Positions 18,234 through 26,781 of a stretch of DNA of 27,850 nt are shown one piece after another; within the stretch, counting starts at the first letter, position 1; the number at the start of each line of letters is the position of its first letter. The notes under the pieces were generated by a model. The model did not search any database, was not told where the DNA came from, and worked only from the letters and a program-made list of their open reading frames with translations. Source of the DNA: a virus (lineage: Duplodnaviria > Heunggongvirae > Uroviricota > Caudoviricetes); the IMG/VR virus record IMGVR_UViG_2734482779_000004, positions 1 to 27,850 of that record; one strand, written 5' to 3'. The translations under genes were made by a program, and so were the position numbers.

Positions 18234-19076
18234 TCACTCCTGCGCCCATGAAGGCATTTCAGTTTGTCCGTAATCTTTGGTGGCAAAGTTTTCCTGCATA
18301 GCTCGATGCTGCGGCCTCGGTTGAGATTTCCCCTTTGGAGTCTTGGGCTCAAAAATCCCCTGCCAACCACTGGCGATGCTCTGGTTTATAATTTCTTCAG
18401 GTGTATATCCCTTCTCCAGACTTCTGCTTAGAACGTTGATAGCCTGAGTGACACTTTGCTTAGACTTGATCGACTTACCTATCTCCTTGCGATAGGTAAC
18501 CCACGACAACCATGTTTCTGCTGATAACCAATCAGGCAACTCTGTTTCTAGCGGGTCGAACTTCTGAGAAACTTTTTTGGGGGATATAGGGGGTTTATTA
18601 ATATTTTCTTTTGTCTTTAAAGAATGTCTTTTGTGTGTCTCTAACTTCGAGACATTGAGTGTCTCTAATTTGGAGACATTTTTTGTCTCTAACTTCGAGA
18701 CAAAGTTGCTAACTTGGAGACACTTGCTGAATTGCCACGCAGATACCTCACTGTTTACACCGATTTGATTTCCATCCATAAACAGGCAATTCATTGAAAT
18801 CAGTTCTTTTTTAGCCTTGTTAACATTCTGCCTTGACAGTCCTGTTAACTGAGCAATTTGCTCATCGGCTATTCGATCTGTTTTCTTATTGAATCCATAT
18901 GTTTTCCGGACGTAGGCCAGCATAACTTTCAACTGGCGAGCGGTTAAATCGGCACTTGCGATAGCTTCCAGCAGCTCGTTAGCGAATCTGGTGTAACCAT
19001 CATCGATATCAGCCACTCTTCGCTCCTGTTCAACAGGTTCACTCTTCGGCAGGTAAAATACTTCAGCAAGGCTCAT
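18234..19076 (-). CDS. O: Replication initiator, lambda O-like
   Basis: N-terminal region (ERRVADIDDGYTRFANELLEAIASADLTARQLKVMLAYVRKTYGFNK) resembles the lambda O DNA-binding domain. The track ORF starts at a TTG (19109); ATG at 19076 has GGAGG 7 nt upstream. Contains the ori iterons. Confidence 0.8.
   Translation of the reverse strand: MSLAEVFYLPKSEPVEQERRVADIDDGYTRFANELLEAIASADLTARQLKVMLAYVRKTYGFNKKTDRIADEQIAQLTGLSRQNVNKAKKELISMNCLFMDGNQIGVNSEVSAWQFSKCLQVSNFVSKLETKNVSKLETLNVSKLETHKRHSLKTKENINKPPISPKKVSQKFDPLETELPDWLSAETWLSWVTYRKEIGKSIKSKQSVTQAINVLSRSLEKGYTPEEIINQSIASGWQGIFEPKTPKGKSQPRPQHRAMQENFATKDYGQTEMPSWAQE
18590..18721. repeat. Replication origin inside the O gene: four 17-bp iterons plus an adjacent AT-rich region
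   Basis: GTCTCTAACTTCGAGAC (18636-18652), GTCTCTAATTTGGAGAC (18661-18677), GTCTCTAACTTCGAGAC (18685-18701), degenerate GTTGCTAACTTGGAGAC (18705-18721), spaced 20-25 bp, with AT-rich 18590-18635. Same layout as lambda ori. Confidence 0.7.
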
Positions 19077-19707
19077 TTCCAACCTCCGCATCAAAGCATT
19101 GGGCTTCAAGAGACTTAACCATCACCACACTGCCATCTGTATTAATAACTATCGATGAGTTATATTTGCTTATCAGTTGCTTCGCGTAATCAATTCCGGC
19201 GCGAATAAGGAAATTTTTCACCGCAGGAAGATGACCAACTACACTACCCAGACCTTGCTCTATAAGCTCCTCATTAAGATCAAGCTCATTTTCATGGCGA
19301 AAAGAAATGAATGAGTCGTAAATTGCGTATTCTGCCGTCTCGCCATTTCTTTCAGGGCCAACCAGCGCCCTTATTTCATTTAGAGATTCAGAAAGATCAT
19401 TATCTTCAAGCTTGAAAAACTCTCGATTATCACTAAGCCTCTCTTTTGCAAAGGCTTTATGAATGAGTTTTTCATCTGATGCGGGATTATTTGAATGAAA
19501 GGCTGCTATCACCTTAAATGGCTTAGGAACGCCAGTAGAGGCTGAAATTTCTTTAGCCCTAACTTCTGGTGAATGCTTAGTCATCCCAATCTTATAAATT
19601 CCTGGCATGCACTCATTCGAAAGCACATAAACAAAGCCATTTGATTTAAAATCATCTGGAACCTTCATGCTCTTCAGAACCTGGAATTTGTCATTTTCGT
19701 ATGTCAT
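19063..19707 (-). CDS. T5orf172 / GIY-YIG-like domain protein inserted between cII and O
   Basis: 214 aa, ATG with AGGAG 6 nt upstream. N-terminal FVYVLSNECMPGIYKIGMTKHSPEVRAKEI...FKVIAAFHS fits the T5orf172/MUG113 pattern; the C-terminal ~100 aa are not recognised. Confidence 0.6.
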   Translation of the reverse strand: MTYENDKFQVLKSMKVPDDFKSNGFVYVLSNECMPGIYKIGMTKHSPEVRAKEISASTGVPKPFKVIAAFHSNNPASDEKLIHKAFAKERLSDNREFFKLEDNDLSESLNEIRALVGPERNGETAEYAIYDSFISFRHENELDLNEELIEQGLGSVVGHLPAVKNFLIRAGIDYAKQLISKYNSSIVINTDGSVVMVKSLEAQCFDAEVGNEPC

Positions 19708-19717
19708 AATTACTCCT

Positions 19718-19796
19718 GTGGATTGATCCAGTAATGACCTCAGAACTCCATCTGGATTTGATCAGAACGCTCGGTTGCCGCCGGGCGTTTTTTATT
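19718..19796 (+). ncRNA. oop: oop antisense RNA with its terminator
   Basis: Plus strand GTGGATTGATCCAGTAATGACCTCAGAACTCCATCTGGATTTGATCAGAACGCTCGGTTGCCGCCGGGCGTTTTTTATT is near-identical by recall to lambda oop. Overlaps the cII 3' end antisense; a CATAAT -10 lies at 19705-19710. Confidence 0.7.
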
Positions 19797-20033
19797 GGTG
19801 AGAATCGAAGCAACTTGTCGTGCCAATCGAGCCATATCGTCGTCAACGACGCCCCATTCAAGAACAGCAAGCAGCATTGAGAACTTTGGAATCCAGTCCC
19901 TCTTCCACCTGCTGATCTGCGACTTATCAACTCCCACAGCTTCCGCTGTCTTCTCAGTTCCAAGCATTGCGATTTTGTTAAGCAACGCACTCTCGATTCG
20001 TAGAGCCTCGTTGCGTTTGTTTGCACGAACCAT
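19740..20033 (-). CDS. cII: Transcriptional activator cII
   Basis: 97 aa from the internal ATG, MVRANKRNEALRIESALLNKIAMLGTEKTAEAVGVDKSQISRWKRDWIPKFSMLLAVLEWGVVDDDMARLARQVASILTNKKRPAATERSDQIQMEF, essentially lambda cII. The track's 117-aa ORF is a 5' over-extension. Confidence 0.95.
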   Translation of the reverse strand: MVRANKRNEALRIESALLNKIAMLGTEKTAEAVGVDKSQISRWKRDWIPKFSMLLAVLEWGVVDDDMARLARQVASILTNKKRPAATERSDQIQMEF

Positions 20034-20112
20034 ATGTAAGTATTTCCTTAGATAACAATTGATTGAATGTATGCAAATAAATGCATACACCATAGGTGTG
20101 GTTTAATTTGAT

Positions 20113-20144
20113 GCCCTTTTTCAGGGCTGGGATGTGTAAGAGCG
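20113..20144 (-). promoter_or_regulatory. nutR (boxA and boxB)
   Basis: Minus strand reads CGCTCTTA (boxA) then GCCCTGAAAAAGGGC (boxB hairpin), matching lambda nutR, between cro and cII. Confidence 0.8.
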
Positions 20145-20152
20145 GGAATGTC

Positions 20153-20368
20153 TTAAGCGGCTTTGTGTTCCGGCGGGAACACGTCATCAAGACTGACTTT
20201 TGCGCCTAACTTGTTTAGGCACTCAACAAGAGCACGGCATGTTTTAAGGTCTGGGAAGCGACGACCAGATTCCCAATGTCCGATAGCTCCCTGTGTGCAT
20301 CCAACTGCCTTAGCAAGTGTTGTTTGAGAGATATTCAGTGACTCTCGATATTTTCGTAGGTTGCTCAT
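20153..20368 (-). CDS. cro: Cro-like repressor (XRE-family HTH), non-lambda immunity
   Basis: 71 aa from the ATG at 20368, which has GGAGGG 4 nt upstream. HTH ISQTTLAKAVGCTQGAIGHWESG. The track's 128-aa ORF is an over-extension. Confidence 0.75.
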   Translation of the reverse strand: MSNLRKYRESLNISQTTLAKAVGCTQGAIGHWESGRRFPDLKTCRALVECLNKLGAKVSLDDVFPPEHKAA

Positions 20369-20394
20369 ATGCCCTCCATAGTAACCATGAAACA

Positions 20395-20468
20395 ATAATA
20401 CGATATGTACTTTTAGAATGCAAACAAAAAATACATCTTGTGCATGGATGGTTTTAGTACAGAGCGTA
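20395..20468. promoter_or_regulatory. OR region: pR and three candidate operator sites
   Basis: Minus strand pR: -35 TTGCAT (20418-20423), 17-bp spacer, -10 TATTAT (20395-20400). Candidate 11-bp TAC-N5-GT sites at 20399-20409, 20432-20442 and 20458-20468, spaced 33 and 26 bp. Confidence 0.45.
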
Positions 20469-20485
20469 ATAATAAGGGTATGAAA

Positions 20486-21139
20486 ATGAAATGGTATGAA
20501 CTGGCTAGATCCAGAATGAAAGAGCTCGGCATAACTCAAGAGAAGTTAGCTGAAGAGCTTGGTATGACGCAGGGTGGAATTGGTCACTGGTTGCGCGGAT
20601 CTCGTCATCCATCTCTTGACGAGATTGGTGTGGTGTTTAAATACCTTGGTATTGATAACGTCTCATTCAACCACGACGGTACATTTTCACCTGTTGGCGA
20701 ATACTCATCTGCCCCCGTTAAAAAACAATATGAGTACCCTGTTTTTTCTCATGTTCAGGCCGGGATGTTCTCGCCTGAGCTTAGAACCTTTACCAAAGGT
20801 GATGCGGAGAGATGGGTCAGCACAACCAAAAAAGCCAGTGATTGTGCGTTCTGGCTTGAAGTTGAAGGTAATTCCATGACCGCGCCAACAGGATCCAAGC
20901 CAAGCTTTCCTGACGGGATGTTAATTCTCGTTGACCCTGAGCAGGCTGTTGAGCCAGGTGATTTCTGCATAGCCAGACTTGGTGGTGACGAGTTTACATT
21001 CAAGAAACTGATCAGGGATAGCGGTCAGGTGTTCCTACAGCCACTAAACCCGCAATATCCAATGATTCCATGCAATGATAGCTGTTCCGTAGTAGGGAAA
21101 GTTATCGCCAGCCAGTGGCCTGAAGAGACATTTAGTTAA
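20486..21139 (+). CDS. cI: CI repressor (HTH plus LexA-like S24 autocleavage domain), non-lambda immunity
   Basis: [26 protein letters not shown]; C-terminal S24-type domain with [10 protein letters not shown] and FTFKKL. Start is ambiguous between ATG 20480 and 20486; 20486 has better SD spacing. Confidence 0.85.
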   Translation: MKWYELARSRMKELGITQEKLAEELGMTQGGIGHWLRGSRHPSLDEIGVVFKYLGIDNVSFNHDGTFSPVGEYSSAPVKKQYEYPVFSHVQAGMFSPELRTFTKGDAERWVSTTKKASDCAFWLEVEGNSMTAPTGSKPSFPDGMLILVDPEQAVEPGDFCIARLGGDEFTFKKLIRDSGQVFLQPLNPQYPMIPCNDSCSVVGKVIASQWPEETFS

Positions 21140-21170
21140 CAGCCTCACCACTCTAAAACACACAACAATA

Positions 21171-21199
21171 ACCCGACCTTAGCGTCGGGTTTTCTTTTT
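21171..21199 (+). terminator. Rho-independent terminator after cI
   Basis: ACCCGAC-CTTAGC-GTCGGGT hairpin followed by TTTCTTTTT, about 30 nt after the cI stop. Confidence 0.6.
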
Positions 21200-21220
21200 C
21201 CAAAATATAAACCCATTAAA

Positions 21221-21293
21221 TACAAAGCGTTATAAAAAACTAATTATATTTAGAACATTTTGTATTGACTCGATAAAGTACAAATCGTACTAT
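21221..21293 (+). promoter_or_regulatory. OL/pL: promoter and three candidate operator sites
   Basis: pL: -35 TTGACT (21265-21270), 17-bp spacer, -10 TACTAT (21288-21293). Repeated 11-mers TACAAAGCGTT (21221-21231), TACAAAATGTT (reverse, 21254-21264) and TACAAATCGTA (21279-21289), spaced 33 and 25 bp. Confidence 0.5.
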
Positions 21294-21332
21294 TTAGCCA
21301 TCGGCAGGACGCACTGACCACCATGAAGGTGA

Positions 21333-21363
21333 CGCTCTTAAAAATTAAGCCCTGAAGAAGGGC
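21333..21363 (+). promoter_or_regulatory. nutL (boxA and boxB)
   Basis: CGCTCTTA (21333-21340) and GCCCTGAAGAAGGGC (21349-21363), matching lambda nutL. Confidence 0.85.
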
Positions 21364-21535
21364 AGCATTCAAAGCAGAAGGCTTTGGGGTGTGGTGAAGG
21401 GTTCATGGATGGGAATATGTCGCACGTAAAGCGGCGAGGCCTGCGGAACTATTGCCGAATTGAAGTCGGCCGAAGCAGGTCGAAATGGGTCTCCCACCTA
21501 CCACACCACCAAAGCTAACTGACAGGAGAATCCAG

Positions 21536-22433
<898 letters not shown>

Positions 22434-22646
22434 TTAAAAGACAGGCATACTAATAAACACTGCACTGTGTATTTATTCCAACGAGTGAATACACGGAGCA
22501 ATGTCGCTCGTAACTAAACAGGAGCCGACTTGTTCTGATTATTGGAAATCTTCTTTGCCCTCCAATGTGATGGCTTTTTTATATGCATACCAATAACGCT
22601 TCACTCGAGGCGTTTTCGTTATGCAATCAAATATAAGGAGTTACCC

Positions 22647-22781
22647 ATGATGCACTTTCAGCTCGCGGGTAGCGGCGTCATGTCCGCTTTCTACCCGCAC
22701 GAATCTGAATTATCACGCCGAGTTAAACAATTAATCAGAGCAGCAAAGAAACAACTGGAGGCGTTATGCGCAATGAAATAG
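22647..22781 (+). CDS. cIII-like protease inhibitor (small protein)
   Basis: 44 aa from ATG 22647 with AAGGAG 6 nt upstream: MMHFQLAGSGVMSAFYPHESELSRRVKQLIRAAKKQLEALCAMK. Weak resemblance to lambda cIII (ES.L.R...KL amphipathic helix); first pL-operon gene after N. Confidence 0.45.
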   Translation: MMHFQLAGSGVMSAFYPHESELSRRVKQLIRAAKKQLEALCAMK

Positions 22782-22918
22782 CCATTAATCACCAGATGCT
22801 TCGTGCTGCACAGAACAAAGCAGTAATAGCCCGATTTATTGGTGATTCAAAAATGTGGCTTGAAGCAAATAAAGCGATGAAATCAGCTATCAACCTTCCG
22901 TGGTATCGCAGGAAATGA
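22766..22918 (+). CDS. kil: Kil-like small protein
   Basis: 50-aa ORF below the track cut-off, GGAGG 5 nt upstream of ATG. IARFIGDSKMWLEANKAMKSAI resembles lambda Kil (IATFIGDEKMF...). Confidence 0.5.
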   Translation: MRNEIAINHQMLRAAQNKAVIARFIGDSKMWLEANKAMKSAINLPWYRRK

Positions 22919-23022
22919 GTTTTACAGATAACTGGTCAGACGAAGAATTCATTCGTCAGATGAAAGAAATGCTCAATCAGCACAAAGAACAGGAGAAAGA
23001 TGATGATTCTGACTCTGAATGA
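22915..23022 (+). CDS. Small acidic hypothetical protein
   Basis: 35-aa ORF (MSFTDNWSDEEFIRQMKEMLNQHKEQEKDDDSDSE) whose ATG overlaps the kil-like stop (ATGA). Confidence 0.25.
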   Translation: MSFTDNWSDEEFIRQMKEMLNQHKEQEKDDDSDSE

Positions 23023-23311
23023 TAAGCGTGAAATATCGCAAATAATCGCAAGTTTTACTGATGAAGATTACGAACGAATCAACAGTGAAGTTGATCGCCT
23101 CTGCAAACGTTGCGACCCAATAAGCGAAATGCTTCGCTCATATAAACCAGATGAACACACTAAGGACGCTATCGACTGGCTGGAAGATGATGACTGTAAC
23201 TATCAGGAAAAAGCCGCTGAATGGTTCTGGGATGCAATAACCGAAAGAGTTAAGGCTGAATATGCCTTCGCAATATTCAAACGCAGACACATTTTTGGAG
23301 AAGCTGCATGA
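23003..23311 (+). CDS. Hypothetical early-left protein
   Basis: 102 aa; AGGAG 7 nt upstream of the second ATG; overlaps the recT start by 4 nt. Confidence 0.45.
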   Translation: MILTLNDKREISQIIASFTDEDYERINSEVDRLCKRCDPISEMLRSYKPDEHTKDAIDWLEDDDCNYQEKAAEWFWDAITERVKAEYAFAIFKRRHIFGEAA

Positions 23312-24216
23312 GCAATATCGTTGAATTCGTTAAACAGCAGGAGCAGTTATTCTGCGGAGCATTGACTGAACAGACGGTGACATGGGCTAAGGAAAGCCAG
23401 TTTGCAATTCAGTATTTCCAGAAAAACGATTACCTGGCTAAAACAGCACTGGCAAATCCAACCAGCGCACAGAACGCCATCATCAATGTTGCGGCGATCG
23501 GCATCACCTTAAACCCGGCCAGCAAACTGGCTTATCTGGTTCCGCGCGACGGCATGGTGTGCCTTGATATCAGTTATATGGGATTGCTCCATATTGCAAT
23601 GGAGTCTGGTGTTATCTCATGGGGTCAGGCAAAACTTGTTCATGCTAACGATACCTATGAGTCAAACGGGCTTGATAAAGCACCAACCCATAAATACAAC
23701 GCCTTCGGTGATCGTGGTGATATCGTTGGCGTTTACTGCACAGTTAAGACGCCAGCAGGTGATTATCTAACGGAAGAGATGAGTCTGGCTGAAATTGAGG
23801 CTGTAAGGAAAACAAGCAAGGCGGCCTTCAGCGATAAAGGACCATGGGTAAATCACTGGAATGAGATGGCGCGAAAGACGGTCGTAAAGCGTGCAAGCAA
23901 GTATTGGCCTAAGGCATCACGTCTTGATAGTGCTATTCACGTACTAAACGAAGAAGAAGGTGTGTGGACTGAACCAGTTATGCCGCACAAATCAGAGGAA
24001 GATATCCGCGAAGATGAACGGAAACGCCAGCAGGAAATAACGGATAAAGCACAACTTCTTTGTGATGAAATGGCTCAGGCTGAAAACATGGATGACCTTA
24101 AGCGCATCTTCGCTAATGCCTACAGGCTCACACATGGTATGAAGCTGCAACAAAACGTCCAGGCAGTCTACATGGAATGTAAAGAAAAAATAGAGATTCG
24201 GCATGAAAGCGTCTGA
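23308..24216 (+). CDS. recT: RecT-family single-strand annealing recombinase
   Basis: 302 aa; the region LAYLVPRDG...LDISYMGLLHIA...GDIVGVYCTVKTPAGD fits the RecT family as remembered from Rac RecT-type proteins. Confidence 0.8.
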   Translation: MSNIVEFVKQQEQLFCGALTEQTVTWAKESQFAIQYFQKNDYLAKTALANPTSAQNAIINVAAIGITLNPASKLAYLVPRDGMVCLDISYMGLLHIAMESGVISWGQAKLVHANDTYESNGLDKAPTHKYNAFGDRGDIVGVYCTVKTPAGDYLTEEMSLAEIEAVRKTSKAAFSDKGPWVNHWNEMARKTVVKRASKYWPKASRLDSAIHVLNEEEGVWTEPVMPHKSEEDIREDERKRQQEITDKAQLLCDEMAQAENMDDLKRIFANAYRLTHGMKLQQNVQAVYMECKEKIEIRHESV

Positions 24217-24670
24217 ATTGTTTCGTTATGAAGATGGATTGCTTTTTTGGCGGATTAAGCCAGCACGATGGATGAGGGCTGGTGATAAGGCAGGAGGAAA
24301 AACAAAATCTGGCCATTGCATTGTAAGCATTAACGGAAAAAGAGAATACGTGCATAGGGTTGTATGGGAAATTCACCACGGTGAAATTCCAGAAGGGATG
24401 GTAATAGACCATATCAATGGAAACCCGAGTGATAACCGAATAGAAAACCTTAGGTGCGTCTCTCAGCAAATAAATCTTCTGAACAAGAGAAAACAGAAAA
24501 ATAACACATCTGGCATTACTGGAGTTGGGTTTCACAAGCAAAGAGGAAAATGGAGAGCCACATTCATGAATGAGTATCTTGGGTCGTTTGGTAGCTTTGT
24601 CGACGCCTGCGAGGCAAGGATAGTTGCTGAGGTTTCTTCTGGGATCTCCACTGAGAGGAATGGCAAATGA
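24203..24670 (+). CDS. HNH homing endonuclease (HNH_3 with AP2-like domain)
   Basis: 155 aa. YVHRVVWEIHHGEIPEGMVIDHINGNPSDNRIENLRCVSQQIN is the HNH_3 signature; SGITGVGFHKQRGKWRA is AP2-like. Confidence 0.8.
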   Translation: MKASELFRYEDGLLFWRIKPARWMRAGDKAGGKTKSGHCIVSINGKREYVHRVVWEIHHGEIPEGMVIDHINGNPSDNRIENLRCVSQQINLLNKRKQKNNTSGITGVGFHKQRGKWRATFMNEYLGSFGSFVDACEARIVAEVSSGISTERNGK

Positions 24671-25149
24671 GCAAACTGTATGAAATTGCCAATGAATACG
24701 CAAAGCTGATGGATTCAGATTTAGAACCAGAGATGATTGCTGACACAATAGAAGGCATGGAAGGAGAATTTACCGATAAAATAGAGCAACTTCTTGCCAT
24801 TATTAAAAATGAATCTGGTTATGCTGAATGCCTCAAGGAAGAGGCAAAGTCACTAAATGAACGAGCCGCAGTAATTCAAAATAAGATTGACAACATTATG
24901 GCGTATATAGCGTCATCGCTTGAAATGGTTGGCAAGAAAAAGATTCGAGCAGGTATTCACCAGGTAACAATCCGCAAACCGTCAGAAACTGTAGAAATCA
25001 TCGACTCAAGCGCCATTCCTCCTGAATACGTTGAGTTTGAAACGACAATTAAAGCCGACAAGTTGGCAATCAAACACCAACTAAAAGCAGGAATAAATAT
25101 CCCCAGCGCTCAACTCAAAGTTGGGAAACCTTCACTTCTTATCAAATAA
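24667..25149 (+). CDS. Siphovirus Gp157-like protein
   Basis: 160 aa. N-terminal MSKLYEIANEY..L...LEPEMIADTIEGMEGEFTDK resembles the Gp157 family; ATG overlaps the HNH stop. Confidence 0.55.
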   Translation: MSKLYEIANEYAKLMDSDLEPEMIADTIEGMEGEFTDKIEQLLAIIKNESGYAECLKEEAKSLNERAAVIQNKIDNIMAYIASSLEMVGKKKIRAGIHQVTIRKPSETVEIIDSSAIPPEYVEFETTIKADKLAIKHQLKAGINIPSAQLKVGKPSLLIK

Positions 25150-25160
25150 CGGTATCGCCT

Positions 25161-25475
25161 ATGAAAAAGACTCCATGGGAGAAATGGGAAGTCGATTTCT
25201 TACGCGAAGTAGCGGCGACAATGCCAGTTGAAGTTATCGCTGAAAAACTGGAAAGGACTGAAAAAGCAGTAATGGCGAAAGCAACAAGGATTGGCGCTGA
25301 CATTGTTAGCCGACTTCGTGGAAGACGATGGACAAGAGCCGAAGTATCACTTTTCGGTAAGTTCTCCGCAGAAGAAATAGCAATTGCAACCTGCCGCTCA
25401 ATTTATTCAGTAAGAGCTATGCGATACAAGCTAAAAAAACTCGATGAAGAAAGAGCAGGCATACGAATAAATTAA
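25161..25475 (+). CDS. Hypothetical protein
   Basis: 104-aa ORF in the co-oriented early-left chain. Confidence 0.4.
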   Translation: MKKTPWEKWEVDFLREVAATMPVEVIAEKLERTEKAVMAKATRIGADIVSRLRGRRWTRAEVSLFGKFSAEEIAIATCRSIYSVRAMRYKLKKLDEERAGIRIN

Positions 25476-25491
25476 CATGGAGTAATTAACA

Positions 25492-25773
25492 ATGAAGCTA
25501 AACATCGACCTCGGAAAATACGTTATTACCGGAACCAAACACGATCTGATTCTTAGCGAAAGAGGAATTATCAAAGAAGGCGAGAATGCAGGCAAAGAAA
25601 CACTAAGTCGTATCGGTTATTACAGCAAGTTTGAGCATCTGGTTAAAGAGTTATGCAACCGTGAAATCCTGTTATCTCAGGCGCAGACGCTACAGGATAT
25701 TCAGCAACATATCGAGACTTTAGGTGTGTCACTTAGCATGGCTGTTGACCAGTTCGTGGAGAGTAAATCATGA
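25492..25773 (+). CDS. Hypothetical protein
   Basis: 93-aa ORF; stop overlaps the next ATG (ATGA). Confidence 0.4.
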   Translation: MKLNIDLGKYVITGTKHDLILSERGIIKEGENAGKETLSRIGYYSKFEHLVKELCNREILLSQAQTLQDIQQHIETLGVSLSMAVDQFVESKS

Positions 25774-25937
25774 GAGGACTTGCATACAATCCCGGCATTC
25801 TTCCGGCAGAAATGATTATTCGCCAACGCGTAAAGCCAATGTCATCGAGAGAGGAATTGCTTAAGAGAAAGAGTTTCGGTTCTGTTAATGACAACAAATA
25901 TCTGAATGCGATGTTGCGTAAAGGAGGCAAGCAGTGA
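25770..25937 (+). CDS. Small hypothetical protein
   Basis: 55-aa ORF ([36 protein letters not shown]...) linked by ATGA overlap upstream and GTGA overlap downstream. Confidence 0.3.
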   Translation: MRGLAYNPGILPAEMIIRQRVKPMSSREELLKRKSFGSVNDNKYLNAMLRKGGKQ

Positions 25938-26233
25938 GTGTATGTCTTATTGATAAACGTCGACGTGGGCAACAAATACCATCTGTTGGAATGCCGAATC
26001 ACACATGGTTTTGCGTACTTGATATCGATGGTATGGATGCGTTGGTTGACACTCGTCATTACTGCGATACCGCAACAGCTACTCCGGCGAAAGCAAAGAA
26101 AATGGCTGCTCTGATAGAAAACTGGACTCCACCTGATGGTTGGTGCAATGGGAATGATCGAGATTGGCATGAAAAAATGAAGGGCTATATCTGCGATTTT
26201 TTACGTAAATGCAACGGCTTCAGGGTGATGTGA
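25934..26233 (+). CDS. Hypothetical Cys-rich protein (GTG start)
   Basis: 99-aa ORF beginning at GTG 25934, immediately followed by the Ead/Ea22-like gene. Confidence 0.35.
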   Translation: MSVCLIDKRRRGQQIPSVGMPNHTWFCVLDIDGMDALVDTRHYCDTATATPAKAKKMAALIENWTPPDGWCNGNDRDWHEKMKGYICDFLRKCNGFRVM

Positions 26234-26234
26234 T

Positions 26235-26780
26235 ATGACCAAAATAAACTATCAGGCACTGCGTGAGGCGGCAGAACGTGCAATTCCGGCAATGGAATGC
26301 CTGTTAATGTTGCCAGTTGATGATGATCTGATAAGCGAACAGGAACTTAAAGATTACGGTGTGGATATTGATGCGCTCAACGCCTTCAAATTTCTGACCG
26401 GACCAGAAACCGTGCTGGCGCTGCTGGATGAACGGGAAAGAAACCAGCAATACATAAAAAGCCGCGACCAGGAGAACGAGGAGATTGCGCTTACGGTTGG
26501 GAGGCTGCGCGTTGAGCTGGAAGCCGCAGAGAATAACCTCATTGATAGTGAATGCCATGTTGCTGAACTGGAAGAAGCGCTACGCGATAAGCAGGCGTTA
26601 CTTGAAGCATCAGAGAAGCGTATTGCTGAACTGGAAGCGCGGAAAATACTGCTCCCGGAACGTATCAGCATGCTTCATCGAACAGATTTTCACGATGATT
26701 ACCAAACGGTAATGGCATACAAAGTTTCTGAAGTCATCGCTGCAATCCGCGCCGCTGGCATTCGCATCAAAGGAGAGTGA
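26235..26780 (+). CDS. Ead/Ea22-like protein
   Basis: 181 aa with central coiled coil (LRVELEAAENNL...AELEEALRDKQALLEASEKRIAELEARK), in the b-region-proximal part of the early-left operon. Confidence 0.55.
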   Translation: MTKINYQALREAAERAIPAMECLLMLPVDDDLISEQELKDYGVDIDALNAFKFLTGPETVLALLDERERNQQYIKSRDQENEEIALTVGRLRVELEAAENNLIDSECHVAELEEALRDKQALLEASEKRIAELEARKILLPERISMLHRTDFHDDYQTVMAYKVSEVIAAIRAAGIRIKGE

Positions 26781-26781
26781 T

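Noticed and set aside
18636-18721. Regularly spaced 17-bp repeats, considered as a possible mini CRISPR array
   Set aside because: Repeat units are palindromic GTCTC...GAGAC with 3-8 bp spacers, lie inside the O coding frame and are flanked by an AT-rich tract, which identifies them as ori iterons.
19691-20093. Track ORFs 19691..20026 (111 aa) and the 117-aa extended form of cII
   Set aside because: cII is recognised from the internal ATG at 20033 (97 aa); the 111-aa ORF is an alternative frame across cII and the extension is upstream read-in.
20153-20539. 128-aa version of the cro ORF extending across the OR operators
   Set aside because: The upstream 57 codons overlap the pR/operator region and the cI start; a strong GGAGGG-ATG at 20368 gives a 71-aa Cro of typical size.
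21485-21535. 17-codon N-terminal extension of N in the track ORF (MGLPPTTPPKLTDRRIQ)
   Set aside because: It overlaps the region just downstream of nutL and has no SD; the ATG at 21536 has AGGAG and gives the canonical 107-aa N.
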